64,000 bases of DNA, from positions 2,016,001 to 2,080,000 of the forward strand of contig CAVZZO010000001.1 of NCBI GenBank assembly GCA_963779755.1, read 5' to 3'. The number at the start of each line of letters is the position of its first letter. The stretch's first letter is position 1. Shown here one piece after another: positions 18,776 to 28,337 of this stretch. The notes under the pieces were generated by a model that made no database searches, was not told where the DNA came from, and worked only from the letters and a program-made list of their open reading frames with translations. The translations under genes and the position numbers were made by a program. Source of the DNA: an uncultured Gemmatimonadales bacterium (GTDB lineage Bacteria > Gemmatimonadota > Gemmatimonadetes > Gemmatimonadales > GWC2-71-9).

Positions 18776-20586
18776 GCATGATTCCGGACGAGATCATCGA
18801 GCAGGTGCGCGACAGCGCCGATCTCGTCGGAGTCATCGGAGAGTCGGTGGATCTGCGCCGCACCGGCGCGGACTACCGGGGGCCCTGTCCCTTTCATGGC
18901 GGCACCCATCGCAACTTTGCCGTGATTCCCCGCAAGGGACTGTTCTACTGCTACGTCTGCCACGCCGCGGGCGACATCTTTTCCTACTTCATGAAACGGT
19001 TCGGCATGGACTATCCCTCCGCCGTGCGCGAAGTCGCGCGGCGGAGCGGCATCGTCATCCCCGAACAGACCAGCCGGGCCGGGCCCGATCCGCGCGAGCC
19101 GCTCTTCAGTGCGGTTTCGGTGGCGCAGGAGTGGTATGCGCTGCAGCTGCGGGAATCGCGGGAAGCGGAACCGGCGCGCCGCTATCTTGCGGGGCGCGGC
19201 TTTTCCCCGGAGGCGGCGCAGCCGCTGGGGCTGGGCTACGCGCCGCCCGGCCCGGCGTTCCTGGCCGAGATGGGCAAGCACGAGATCCCCGAGGCGATCC
19301 TGCTGGAGGCGGGGCTGGTGTTCCGCCGGGATGACGGCTCGCTGGTGCCGCGCTTTCGCGGGCGCCTGCTGATCCCCATTCACGACCTCCGCGGCCGGGT
19401 GGTGGGGTTCGGGGGGCGCATTCTGGGACCGGGAGAGCCCAAGTATCTCAACTCGCCCGAGACGCCGATCTTCCACAAGGGATCGCTGCTCTACAACCTG
19501 CACCAGGCCCGCCACCCGGTCCGCAAGGCGGAGCTGGCGATCGTGGTGGAAGGGTATTTTGATGTACTGGCGCTGGTGCAGGCCGGCATTGAAAATGTGG
19601 TGGCGCCGCTGGGCACCGCGCTGACGGGCGATCAGGCCGCCCTGCTGCGCCGGTTCGCGCCCGCTGCGGCGCTCATGTTCGACAGCGACAGCGCCGGCCA
19701 GCGGGCGACCTTCCGCACCGCCGACGAGCTGTTGCGCCACGAGGTCCGGGTGCGGGTGGCAACATTGCCACCGGGCCAGGATCCCGATACCGTGGTGCGC
19801 GAGGCCGGCGCCGCCGCCATCGAGAAGCTGGTGGAGGATGCGGTGGACGTGCTGGAGCGGAAGATCCAGCTACTGGAACGCAAGGGCTGGTTCAGCGGCA
19901 TGGAGCACCGCCGCGACGCGCTCGACCGGCTGCTTCCCACCGTGCGGGCCGCCCACGATTCGATCACCCGCGAGCTCTACCTCGGCCTCATCGCCGAGCG
20001 GACCGGCGTCAGCCGCCGGGTACTGGAGGAGGAGCTGGCACGGAACACCCGCAACGCGCCCCCGGCAGCGGAGGCGGCGGCGCCGGAGCGGCGGGAACGT
20101 GCGGCGCCCCCGGCGCGGCCCCGCGCGGGCGCCCACGCCGAGCGGGAAGTGCTGCGCGTCGTCATGCACTACGACGGCTGGCTGGAGCGCGCCAGGAACG
20201 ATATCCCGCCGGAATGGATCGAAGGCCCCGCGGCGCGCGAGGTGTATACTGCGTTGCTGGACGCCGGCCCCGACCTGGCGGCCGAGCGGTTGGAGAGTCT
20301 CAGCGAACCGGCCCGGGCATTGTGGGAAGCCCTCACGGTGCCGTCCGGTCTGGAAGAGCGGCAGGCGGGTGACAGTTATGAGGCGGCCCGCCAGATGCTC
20401 GAGGCCCGGCCCCATTTCCGGCAGTACTACCGCCTGAGCCGCCAGCTGCGGATCGCGGCGGGAGAGGAGAAGGACGCCTTGTTCGTGCAGAAGAATGCCA
20501 TGCGGCAGGACCTGCGGCGCCGCTTTCCCGGCGCGTTCGACCGCTTCATGATGCGGCGCCACTCCGGCCGCCGGGCGCAGGGATGA
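18772..20586 (+). CDS. dnaG: DNA primase
   Basis: CPFH...CYVC zinc finger, KYLNSPET, VEGYFD, TOPRIM FDSD. Confidence 0.97.
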   Translation: MSMIPDEIIEQVRDSADLVGVIGESVDLRRTGADYRGPCPFHGGTHRNFAVIPRKGLFYCYVCHAAGDIFSYFMKRFGMDYPSAVREVARRSGIVIPEQTSRAGPDPREPLFSAVSVAQEWYALQLRESREAEPARRYLAGRGFSPEAAQPLGLGYAPPGPAFLAEMGKHEIPEAILLEAGLVFRRDDGSLVPRFRGRLLIPIHDLRGRVVGFGGRILGPGEPKYLNSPETPIFHKGSLLYNLHQARHPVRKAELAIVVEGYFDVLALVQAGIENVVAPLGTALTGDQAALLRRFAPAAALMFDSDSAGQRATFRTADELLRHEVRVRVATLPPGQDPDTVVREAGAAAIEKLVEDAVDVLERKIQLLERKGWFSGMEHRRDALDRLLPTVRAAHDSITRELYLGLIAERTGVSRRVLEEELARNTRNAPPAAEAAAPERRERAAPPARPRAGAHAEREVLRVVMHYDGWLERARNDIPPEWIEGPAAREVYTALLDAGPDLAAERLESLSEPARALWEALTVPSGLEERQAGDSYEAARQMLEARPHFRQYYRLSRQLRIAAGEEKDALFVQKNAMRQDLRRRFPGAFDRFMMRRHSGRRAQG

Positions 20587-20670
20587 GGGAAGGGTCCAGC
20601 ATGCCCTCCGGCTGGCGGTTTCGGCTCCCCTCCACTCCCGATTCCCCATTCCTTCATTCCTGGAGTCTTA

Positions 20671-21381
20671 ATGCATCCTGAGATCGTCAAGCTGCTGGAT
20701 CTGCAGACCAAGGATTCCGCCGTTCGTGTCGTCGATGATAGCCTGGAACAGCTCGCCTCGGAAGAGGCCGCGCTCGATGCCGACCTGGCGCAGGCCCAGG
20801 CCGGGCTGGACGCGGCCGGACGCGCGGTGCAGGACGCCACGCGCCGGCGCGACGAAATGGAATCCAAGATCGAACTGCACCGGCAGCATCAGGAGCGGCG
20901 CCGCGAAAAGCTGGAGTTTCTGCATAACCAGCGCGAAATCGCCGCCCAGATGGCCGAGATCGACCTCGCCCGTTCCGTGCTGGCCAACGAGGAAAGCGAG
21001 TGGGTCAAGACCTCCGACCAGGTGCAGGCGCTGCAGGCCAGGGAACAGGAAGTGGGTGAGGAACTCGCCCGCCTGAAAGAAGCCCAGCAGGAACAGCGCG
21101 CCGCGCTGTCTGCCCGCCGCGCCGAGCTGGGCCGGGAACGGGAGGCGGCGGTGGCGGAGCGTGAGCGTAGCGCGGAAGGGATCGATCGCCAGTTGCTGAC
21201 GCAGTACGATCGGCTGCGGAGCAGCCGGAGCAGCGAGGTGGTCGTCTCGCTGAGCGGCGCCGCCTGCGGGGCCTGCTTCACCGCGGTCCCGCTCAACCGG
21301 CGGAGCCAGATCCGCAGCGGCCAGCTGGTCGAGATCTGCGAATCGTGCGGGGTTATCCTGTACGCAGCCGAAGGAGAATGA
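20671..21381 (+). CDS. Coiled-coil protein with C-terminal C4 zinc ribbon (DUF164/CT398-like)
   Basis: Long heptad region, then CGAC...CESCGVILY. Confidence 0.85.
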   Translation: MHPEIVKLLDLQTKDSAVRVVDDSLEQLASEEAALDADLAQAQAGLDAAGRAVQDATRRRDEMESKIELHRQHQERRREKLEFLHNQREIAAQMAEIDLARSVLANEESEWVKTSDQVQALQAREQEVGEELARLKEAQQEQRAALSARRAELGREREAAVAERERSAEGIDRQLLTQYDRLRSSRSSEVVVSLSGAACGACFTAVPLNRRSQIRSGQLVEICESCGVILYAAEGE

Positions 21382-21418
21382 TCCCGCCGGCTGCCCCGGT
21401 GGAAGCATTATGGGAGTG

Positions 21419-23134
21419 ATGCCCTCACCCGTGTCCCTGCCGGTCACCCGCTGGGTCTTCGCCGAGGCCCCGCCGGCCCAGCTGGTGGGCGCCCTCGCCG
21501 CCGAGCTGGGATTGCCCCTGCCCCTGGCGGCACTGCTAGTGCAGCGGGGGTTCGACACCCCCGCGGTCGCGCGGCGCTTCCTCCGGCCCGGAATGGAGCA
21601 GCTCTCCGATCCGGCGGCCCTGGCGGGCATGGCCGATGCGGTCGATGCCGTGGCGCGGGTGGCGCGGGCCGGGGGGACCATCCTGGTGCACGGCGATTAC
21701 GACGTCGACGGCCAGTGCGCCGCCGCCCTCCTGACCCGGGTGCTGCGGCTCTCGCCGGCGCGGGTGGTGCCCTTCGTCCCGCACCGGCTGCGCGACGGCT
21801 ACGACTTCGGCGCCGCGGGCCTCGCCGCCGCCCGGGCGGCGGGGGCCAGTCTGATCATCACCTGCGACTGCGGCATCACCGCGGTGGAGGCCGTGCGCCA
21901 GGCCACGGAGGCCGGCATCGGCGTGGTGGTGACCGACCACCATCTGCCGGGCCCCCTCCTGCCTCCGGCGCTGGCCGTGGTCGATCCGCAGCGCCCGGAC
22001 GATCGCTCCGGCGCCCAGGGGCTCTGCGGCACCGGCGTCGCCTTCAAATTGGCGCAGGCACTGGTCCCCGTCCTGGGGCTTCCGGAGAATCTCCCCTATC
22101 ACCTGCTGGATATCGTCGCGCTGGCGACCGTGGCCGATCTGGTCCCCCTTACCGGCGAAAACCGCGCGCTGGTGCGGATGGGCCTCCGGCTCCTCAACCG
22201 GAGCCGCTGGCCCGGGGTCCGCGCCCTCATCGAGGTGGCCGGCCTCGCCGGGCGGGAGATCCGGGCGGGCCATCTGGGCTTTCTGCTGGGGCCGCGGCTG
22301 AATGCCGCCGGCCGGGTGGGCGATGCGGGGGACGGCCTGCGCCTGCTGCTCTGCGACGATGTGCCGCAGGCACAGGAGCTGGCCCGGCAGCTGGACCGGC
22401 TCAACGAGGAGCGCCAGCGCCTCGACCAGCGCATGCTGGAAGAGGTCCTGGAGCGGATCGAGCGCGAGAGCGGCGACCACACCCGCGCCGTGGTGCTGGC
22501 GGGCGACGGCTGGCACCCCGGGGTGGTGGGGATCGTGGCCTCCCGTGTGGTCGAGCGCTTCGGCCGCCCGACGTTCCTGGTGGCGTTCGACGGCAATGTG
22601 GGGCGCGGCTCAGGCCGCAGCATCTCACGGTTCGATCTTCACGCGGCGCTCCACGCCTGTGGCGATCTGCTGGAGCGATACGGCGGCCACCATATGGCGG
22701 CCGGCCTCACCATCCGGCGCGACCGCTTCGACGACTTCCGCCGGCGCTTTGCCGGCGAGGCCGCCCGCCTCCTGGCCGATGAAGATCTCGGGCCGGAGCA
22801 GCGGGTGGATCTCGTTCTTCCGCTGGCCGACGCCACCGCCGACCTGGAACGGCTCTGTCGCCACCTGGAGCCCTGCGGCATGGGCAATCCCGCCCCGGTT
22901 TTCGGGGTGCAGGGCGTCCGGCTGGCGGGCCGCAGGCGGGTAGGCAATGGCCATCTCAAGGGTACGCTGATCGACGGCCCCAGCCGGCTCGAAGTCATCG
23001 GCTTCAGCTGGGCCGACCGGGTCGGCTCCCTGGAGGACGGGCCGGTGGATATCGCCTTCCGCCTGGAAACCAATGAATGGCAGGGCCGGGTGAGCCTGCA
23101 GGCCCGGGTCATCTCGCTGCTGGCCTCTGCCTGA
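21419..23134 (+). CDS. recJ: ssDNA-specific exonuclease RecJ
   Basis: HGDYDVDG, TCDCG, TDHH, ATVADLVPL, PRLNAAGR, GGHHMAAG. Start is 21410 or 21419. Confidence 0.96.
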   Translation: MPSPVSLPVTRWVFAEAPPAQLVGALAAELGLPLPLAALLVQRGFDTPAVARRFLRPGMEQLSDPAALAGMADAVDAVARVARAGGTILVHGDYDVDGQCAAALLTRVLRLSPARVVPFVPHRLRDGYDFGAAGLAAARAAGASLIITCDCGITAVEAVRQATEAGIGVVVTDHHLPGPLLPPALAVVDPQRPDDRSGAQGLCGTGVAFKLAQALVPVLGLPENLPYHLLDIVALATVADLVPLTGENRALVRMGLRLLNRSRWPGVRALIEVAGLAGREIRAGHLGFLLGPRLNAAGRVGDAGDGLRLLLCDDVPQAQELARQLDRLNEERQRLDQRMLEEVLERIERESGDHTRAVVLAGDGWHPGVVGIVASRVVERFGRPTFLVAFDGNVGRGSGRSISRFDLHAALHACGDLLERYGGHHMAAGLTIRRDRFDDFRRRFAGEAARLLADEDLGPEQRVDLVLPLADATADLERLCRHLEPCGMGNPAPVFGVQGVRLAGRRRVGNGHLKGTLIDGPSRLEVIGFSWADRVGSLEDGPVDIAFRLETNEWQGRVSLQARVISLLASA

Positions 23135-23141
23135 ACGCGGC

Positions 23142-23657
23142 ATGCGGATCACGGGAGGGACGCTCCGCGGCCGGCGGCTGGCCCCGCCCCGCGACGCGCG
23201 GGTCCGGCCCACCAGCGACCGGGTGCGGGAGGCCTGGATGAGCATTCTTCAGGGAAGCCTCCCCGGCGCCCGGGTGCTCGACCTCTATGCCGGAAGCGGG
23301 GCCCTGGGGCTGGAAGCCCTGAGCCGCGGGGCCGCGCGGACCGATTTCGTCGAGCTGAGTCCGCCCTCTCTCCGGGCCTTGGGCGAGAACATCGCCAGTC
23401 TGGGTGTGGAGAGCCGGGCGGTGGTGCACCGCGCCGACGCGCTGCGGTTCGCCGGGCGCCTCCAGGCCGGAGCGTACGATCTCGCCCTGGCCGATCCCCC
23501 CTACAATCGGGATGACGCGCTCCAGCTGGTGGACCTGTTCCGCCGCACGCCCTTCGTGCGTATCCTGTCTGTCGAGCACCGCTCTGCCCTGGAGCTGCCG
23601 GGCGACGACACCCGCCGCTACGGCGACACCGCCCTCACCTTCTGCTACGCGCCATGA
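23142..23657 (+). CDS. rsmD: 16S rRNA m2G966 methyltransferase RsmD
   Basis: MRITGG, RPTSDRVRE, DLYAGSGALGLEALSRGA, DPPY. Confidence 0.95.
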   Translation: MRITGGTLRGRRLAPPRDARVRPTSDRVREAWMSILQGSLPGARVLDLYAGSGALGLEALSRGAARTDFVELSPPSLRALGENIASLGVESRAVVHRADALRFAGRLQAGAYDLALADPPYNRDDALQLVDLFRRTPFVRILSVEHRSALELPGDDTRRYGDTALTFCYAP

Positions 23658-24154
23658 CACGCATCGCGGTCTATCCCGGCTCGTTCGACCCCCCCACCCG
23701 CGGGCACGAAGACCTGATCCGCCGCAGCCTGGCTCTGGCCGACGAGTTGATCGTGGCGATCGCCACCAACTCCTCCAAGAGCCCGCTGTTCACCGTGGAG
23801 GAGCGGCTGGCGCTGCTGCAGACGGTGGCCGGGGGCCTGCCTCGCGTCCGGCTGGAGGCCTTCGACGGCCTGCTGGTGGACTTCGCCCGCAAGGTGAACG
23901 CGAGCATCATCGTGCGGGGGCTGCGGGCGGTGAGCGATTTCGAGTACGAATTCCAGATGGCCCTCATGAACCGCCAGCTCCATCCCGCCCTGGAGACCGT
24001 CTTTCTGGTGCCAGCGGTGGACCAGACCTACCTGAGCGCCAGCCTGGCCCGGGAGGTGGCCCGCTACGGTGGGGATGTCAGTGCCCTGGTGCACCCGGAG
24101 GTGGCCCGGGCGCTGGCGGCCAAGTTCGCCCCGGCGGGCCCCTCCCGGGCCTGA
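23654..24154 (+). CDS. coaD: Pantetheine-phosphate adenylyltransferase
   Basis: YPGSFDP.T.GH, RGLRAVSDFEYE. Confidence 0.97.
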   Translation: MTRIAVYPGSFDPPTRGHEDLIRRSLALADELIVAIATNSSKSPLFTVEERLALLQTVAGGLPRVRLEAFDGLLVDFARKVNASIIVRGLRAVSDFEYEFQMALMNRQLHPALETVFLVPAVDQTYLSASLAREVARYGGDVSALVHPEVARALAAKFAPAGPSRA

Positions 24155-24183
24155 CCCGCCACCTCGCGCCCCAACCCCAATTG

Positions 24184-24192
24184 TGATATACT
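24184..24192 (+). promoter_or_regulatory. Putative extended -10 promoter (TGnTATACT)
   Basis: tgatatact in an AT-rich patch upstream of the STAS gene. Confidence 0.55.
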
Positions 24193-24230
24193 GTTGAGTC
24201 GTATGGCGGAGGACTGCTCGGCGATCCCTT

Positions 24231-24269
24231 GCCGTCCTGCCGTCCTGCCGTCCTGCCGTCCTGCCGTCC
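24231..24269. repeat. Octamer array (GCCGTCCT) x ~5
   Basis: Directly before the GGAGGA RBS of the STAS gene. Confidence 0.9.
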
Positions 24270-24281
24270 GGGAGGAGTTCC

Positions 24282-24617
24282 ATGGGCTTTACCGCCGTCC
24301 GCGAATCCAACGGAGTCATGGTGGTGCGGGTCGAGGGTCAGCTCATCGTGGGTAACCGCCAGGAGCTGAAGACCGTCGTCCAGCAGGCCCTGGAGAACGG
24401 CGAGCGCAAGTTCCTCATCGACTTCTCCCGCACCGGCTATATCGACTCCTCCGGACTCGGCGCCCTGGTGTCCATCTCCAAGAAGATCCGGGAACAGGGC
24501 GGCGACCTGCGTCTGTCGGGGCTCAACGAAGATCTGCGATCGCTGTTCGAGCTGACCAAACTGGATACGCTCTTCGCGATCGCCGATACCCCCGAACAGG
24601 CGCTCGCGGCCTTCTAG
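24282..24617 (+). CDS. STAS-domain anti-sigma factor antagonist (RsbV/SpoIIAA-like)
   Basis: YIDSSGLGAL phosphoserine motif. Confidence 0.93.
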   Translation: MGFTAVRESNGVMVVRVEGQLIVGNRQELKTVVQQALENGERKFLIDFSRTGYIDSSGLGALVSISKKIREQGGDLRLSGLNEDLRSLFELTKLDTLFAIADTPEQALAAF

Positions 24618-24619
24618 CC

Positions 24620-25144
24620 ATGGCGGGGCCCCTGCGGGTCCATCCGGAGCCTCCGGACGGCGGCGGCCGGCCGCGAACGGGCGAGACCGTCCTGCGGCTC
24701 TGCGTCCGCCGGGCTCCACGCCCGGAGTCCGGGCGCGGCGAGGTGGTTTCGCTGCGGCTCCCCAGCGAAGTCGCCTGCATCGAGGAAGCGGTAGACCTGC
24801 TGGTGCGCCACTGCCTCGCCAGCGCCGCCTGGACGTCCCGCCGGCTCCGTTTCACCCTGCGGGTGGTACTGGCCGAGTCGCTGGCCAATGCCATCATCTG
24901 CGGGAACGGCGAAGATCCGGGCAAATCGGTGCTGGTCGAGGCCGAGCTCGAGCCCGATCAGATCCGGCTTCACGTGACCGACGAAGGGCCGGGCTTCGAC
25001 CCCGGCCTGTTGCCCGATCCCACCGCCCCTGACGATATCGAGAACACCTGCGGCCGCGGCGTCTTCCTCATTCGCCGCATGGTCGACGACGTCAGCTTCA
25101 ACCCCAGGGGGAACTCCATCTGCATGACGCTGCGCCGCAAGTAG
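24620..25144 (+). CDS. Anti-sigma factor/Ser kinase (RsbW-like, HATPase_c_2)
   Basis: ESLANAI, DEGPGFD, GRGVFLIRRMVDDV. Start uncertain. Confidence 0.88.
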   Translation: MAGPLRVHPEPPDGGGRPRTGETVLRLCVRRAPRPESGRGEVVSLRLPSEVACIEEAVDLLVRHCLASAAWTSRRLRFTLRVVLAESLANAIICGNGEDPGKSVLVEAELEPDQIRLHVTDEGPGFDPGLLPDPTAPDDIENTCGRGVFLIRRMVDDVSFNPRGNSICMTLRRK

Positions 25145-25257
25145 CGCGGCTCGACTCCGTCCTCGAACAACTCGGCGATCTGGCGGGCGGCACCATCCGG
25201 CTCTGGCGGGAGGATGGCCGGGGGCTCCACCTCTGGCATGGCCCGGCGGCGGAGTAC

Positions 25258-26709
25258 GTGCCACCCTCGCCCGCCGTCGAGGGGTTCGTCACCACGCCCG
25301 AGGGCGGGTCCTGGCTCCTGCCCGTCCCCGAGGCCGAAGGCCTCTGGCTGGAGCTGTGCGGCGGGCTCGACGCCGAGCAGCGCGCGCGCGATGCCGTGCC
25401 GGTGGTGGCGGTCCTGTTCGAGCGCGAGCGCCAGACCATCCATCTGGCCGAGGAGCTGGCCAGCCGCTACGAGGAGATCGATCTTCTCTACGCCATCAGC
25501 GAAATCCTGGGCCGCACCGTCCGGCTGGAAGAAGCGGCACAGACCATCGTGCGCGAGGTGAGCACGGTGGTGGGCGCGCGCCGTGCCAGCATCATGGTGG
25601 CCGACAACGGCACGCTCCGCACCGTGGCCGCGCGGGGCTTCTCGGCCTCCCAGCTGGAGCCGGTGCCGGTGGACGACAGCCGCTCCGTGGCGGCGCTGGC
25701 CTGGCGGGAGCGGCGGGTGGTCGCCTTCGATCCCGCGGCGCCACCCGGCGATCTTCCGCCCCCGGCCCCCGGGCGCGGGTATCGCACCCGGGCCTACGTT
25801 TCGGTGCCCATCTCCTATGCCGCACCCGGCGGCCCTTCCCGCTGCATCGGGGTGCTCAACCTGACCGACCGGCTGGGTACCGATGCCTTCGGCTCCCGCG
25901 ACGTCAAGCTACTCACCGCCGTGGCCAACCAGATCGGGGCGGCCATCGAGAACGCCCGGTTGGTGGCGCGCGACCTGGTCCAGCAGCGGCTGCGCCGCGA
26001 GCTGGAACTGGCGCACGATCTCCAGCTCCGCCTGCTGCCCTCGCCCGCGGTGCTGCACGGGGCCGCCGAGGTGGCGGCGCGCTGCCGACAGGCCGACAGC
26101 GTCGGCGGCGATTTCTACACCTTCAGCCGCCTGGCGGGCGGCCGGGTGGGCGTCATGCTGGGCGACGTCAGCTCGCACGGGTTCCCCGCCGCCCTGGTGA
26201 TGGCGCTGGTCATCGCCGCCGCCGGGATCCACGCCGCCTCGTCCTTCAGCCCCGATGAGACGCTGGTCGCGCTGCTGGAGAGCCTGGCCAAGGAGCTGGA
26301 ATCCACCGAGATGTTCCTCAGCGTCTTCTACGGCGTGCTGCATCCCTCCGCCGGCCAGCTGATCTACTCCAGCGCCGGGCACCAGCACGCCTTCCGGGTA
26401 CCGGCAGCGGGAGCGCCCGAGCGGCTGGAAGTCACCTCGCCACCGCTGGGGCTGGCCTCCGCGGAGGGCATTGGGCGCCGGGTAGTAGACTGGGTGCCGG
26501 GGGATGACCTGCTCTGCCTCTGGACCGACGGCCTGGTGGACGGCCGTAACGAGGCGGGACAGCCCTTTGGCGAGGCCCGCCTGCTGGAGCTGCTCGGATC
26601 GATGCGGACGGATGATCCGGACGCCATCGTCGAGCGGGTCTTCGCCGAAGCCGAAGCCTTTACCCAGGAGCCGACGGACGATCGCACCCTGCTGGTGATG
26701 CGGGTGTGA
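25258..26709 (+). CDS. GAF + PP2C/SpoIIE phosphatase (RsbU-like)
   Basis: GAF domain, then VGGDFY, GDVSSHG, TDGL, DDRT. Frame is open upstream to at least 25120, so the true start may be earlier. Confidence 0.92.
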   Translation: MPPSPAVEGFVTTPEGGSWLLPVPEAEGLWLELCGGLDAEQRARDAVPVVAVLFERERQTIHLAEELASRYEEIDLLYAISEILGRTVRLEEAAQTIVREVSTVVGARRASIMVADNGTLRTVAARGFSASQLEPVPVDDSRSVAALAWRERRVVAFDPAAPPGDLPPPAPGRGYRTRAYVSVPISYAAPGGPSRCIGVLNLTDRLGTDAFGSRDVKLLTAVANQIGAAIENARLVARDLVQQRLRRELELAHDLQLRLLPSPAVLHGAAEVAARCRQADSVGGDFYTFSRLAGGRVGVMLGDVSSHGFPAALVMALVIAAAGIHAASSFSPDETLVALLESLAKELESTEMFLSVFYGVLHPSAGQLIYSSAGHQHAFRVPAAGAPERLEVTSPPLGLASAEGIGRRVVDWVPGDDLLCLWTDGLVDGRNEAGQPFGEARLLELLGSMRTDDPDAIVERVFAEAEAFTQEPTDDRTLLVMRV

Positions 26710-26733
26710 GAAAACAGGACTGAGAGAACAGGA

Positions 26734-27552
26734 CTGAGAGAAAAACGCAGCGGGCCGCGGCCGCGGAAGTCGCTCGGCCAGCATTTCCTGTCCGATCCGG
26801 GCATTCTCAACCGGATTGCCGAGGCGCTCGAACCGCGCTCCGGCGAAACCGTCCTGGAGATCGGGCCGGGGCGGGGTGGGCTCACCGAGGCGCTCCTGCC
26901 GTGCACCTCGCGTCTGATCGCCATCGAGCGAGACCGCGCCTTGGTTCCCGTGCTGCGCCAGCGGTTCCCCTCGGTCGAGATCATCGAGGGCGATGCCCTG
27001 GCCCTGGACTGGCATGCGCTGGTGGGAGCCGGGCCGTTCGCGATCGCCGGCAACATCCCCTACAACATCACGTCCCCCCTGCTGGACCGTGCGCTGCAGC
27101 CGCCTCGTCCGCGCCGGATCGTCTTCCTGGTGCAGCTTGAGGTGGCCCAACGCCTCGCCGCGCCGGCCGGCGGCCGCGAGTATGGAGCGCTGACCGTCGG
27201 GGTTCGGGCCGTGGCGGAGGTGGAACAGCTCTTCCGCGTTCCCGCCGGCGCGTTCCATCCCCGGCCCCGGGTGGATTCGGCGGTGATCCGGCTGACCCCT
27301 CGCGGCGCTCCCCTGGTGGCCGACGGCGACATTGCGGCGTTCCGGCGCCTGGTCGTCGGGCTGTTCGGGTTTCGCCGGAAGCAGGTGATCCGCGGCCTGC
27401 GCGAGCTCACCGGCTGGCCCGCCGACCGGCTGCTGCCCATCCTGCTGGCGGCCGGCATCGCCGCCGAGGCGCGGCCCGAGACCCTCCCTCCCGAAGCGTT
27501 CGCCCGCCTCTTTCAGGGCCTGGGGGGCAGAGGTGTGTTTCCTTCGGATTGA
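26734..27552 (+). CDS. rsmA: 16S rRNA dimethyladenosine transferase RsmA/KsgA
   Basis: Frame upstream of the track start reads RKSLGQHFL...VLEIGPGRGGLT; later GNIPYNIT, F.PRPRVDSA. No ATG/GTG/TTG ahead of the conserved N-terminus; CTG 26734 proposed. Confidence 0.92.
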   Translation: MREKRSGPRPRKSLGQHFLSDPGILNRIAEALEPRSGETVLEIGPGRGGLTEALLPCTSRLIAIERDRALVPVLRQRFPSVEIIEGDALALDWHALVGAGPFAIAGNIPYNITSPLLDRALQPPRPRRIVFLVQLEVAQRLAAPAGGREYGALTVGVRAVAEVEQLFRVPAGAFHPRPRVDSAVIRLTPRGAPLVADGDIAAFRRLVVGLFGFRRKQVIRGLRELTGWPADRLLPILLAAGIAAEARPETLPPEAFARLFQGLGGRGVFPSD

Positions 27553-27577
27553 CGCAAGCCCTTGCGGCGAGTAGCTT
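27549..27577 (+). promoter_or_regulatory. sigma70-type promoter of rex (TTGACG-N17-TAGCTT)
   Basis: Consensus-like hexamers with 17-bp spacing. Confidence 0.75.
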
Positions 27578-27594
27578 TGTGAAAGTTTTCACAA
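27577..27594. promoter_or_regulatory. Rex operator TTGTGAA-N4-TTCACAA
   Basis: Perfect palindromic match to the established Rex box, 6 bp before the rex ATG. Confidence 0.93.
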
Positions 27595-27600
27595 AATCAA

Positions 27601-28221
27601 ATGCGCAAAATCGCCGAATCCACCGTTCGTCGGCTTTCCCTCTACTTGCGGTTTCTCGAGGAATTCGAGGACCAGGGCATTGCCACGGTCAGCTCCGACG
27701 CGCTCGCGCTGCGGGGCGGGACCACCTCTGCCCAGGTGCGGAAGGACCTGTCATTCTTCGGCTCGTTCGGCAAGCGGGGGCTGGGCTACGCGGTGCCCGA
27801 GCTGGCGGCGCAGCTGCGGGAGATCCTGGGGCTCAAGCGGCGCTATCGCGTCGCACTCATCGGGGCGGGGAAGATCGGCAGCGCGCTGGTGCAGTACAAG
27901 GGCTTTCAGCGCCGCGGGTTCGATATCGTCGCGATCTTCGACGTGGACCGCAACAAGATCGGGCGCCAGTGGAACGGCCTCACCGTCTCCGATGTGCGCG
28001 ACCTGGAAAGCGAGCTGGGGGCCCACCAGGTGGAGATCGCCGTGCTGGTGACCCCGGCGGAGGTGGCGCAGGAGCTGGCCGAGCGCCTGGTGGCGCTCGG
28101 CGTGAAGGCGATCCTCAATTTTGCGCCGGTCCAGCTGGGTGTGCCGGACGATGTCGCGGTGAAGAACGTCAATCTGGCGCTCGAGCTGGAGGCGTTGAGC
28201 TATGCCCTGACGAATCGGTAA
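27601..28221 (+). CDS. rex: Redox-sensing transcriptional repressor Rex
   Basis: TVRRLSLYLR, QVRKDLSFFG.FGKRG.GY, GAGKIG, ILNFAP. Confidence 0.97.
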   Translation: MRKIAESTVRRLSLYLRFLEEFEDQGIATVSSDALALRGGTTSAQVRKDLSFFGSFGKRGLGYAVPELAAQLREILGLKRRYRVALIGAGKIGSALVQYKGFQRRGFDIVAIFDVDRNKIGRQWNGLTVSDVRDLESELGAHQVEIAVLVTPAEVAQELAERLVALGVKAILNFAPVQLGVPDDVAVKNVNLALELEALSYALTNR

Positions 28222-28232
28222 GTGCGCCTTCA

Positions 28233-28311
28233 ACCCTCTCGAGACCCTCGACCCTCTTGACCCGCCGGTAGAGGTCGAGGGGGCTGAGATGGTCGAGAGG
28301 TCGGCGAGGGT
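28233..28311. repeat. Inverted pair of degenerate short-repeat arrays (GACCCTC.. / ..GAGGGTC)
   Basis: accctctcgagaccctcgaccctcttgacc ... ggtcgaggggg...ggtcgagaggtcggcgagggtc. Confidence 0.6.
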
Positions 28312-28337
28312 CCCATCCCCCGTTAACTTCCTTCCGC

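Noticed and set aside
24181..24198. Second Rex operator (TTGTGA...)
   Set aside because: Only a half-site; better explained as an extended -10 promoter.
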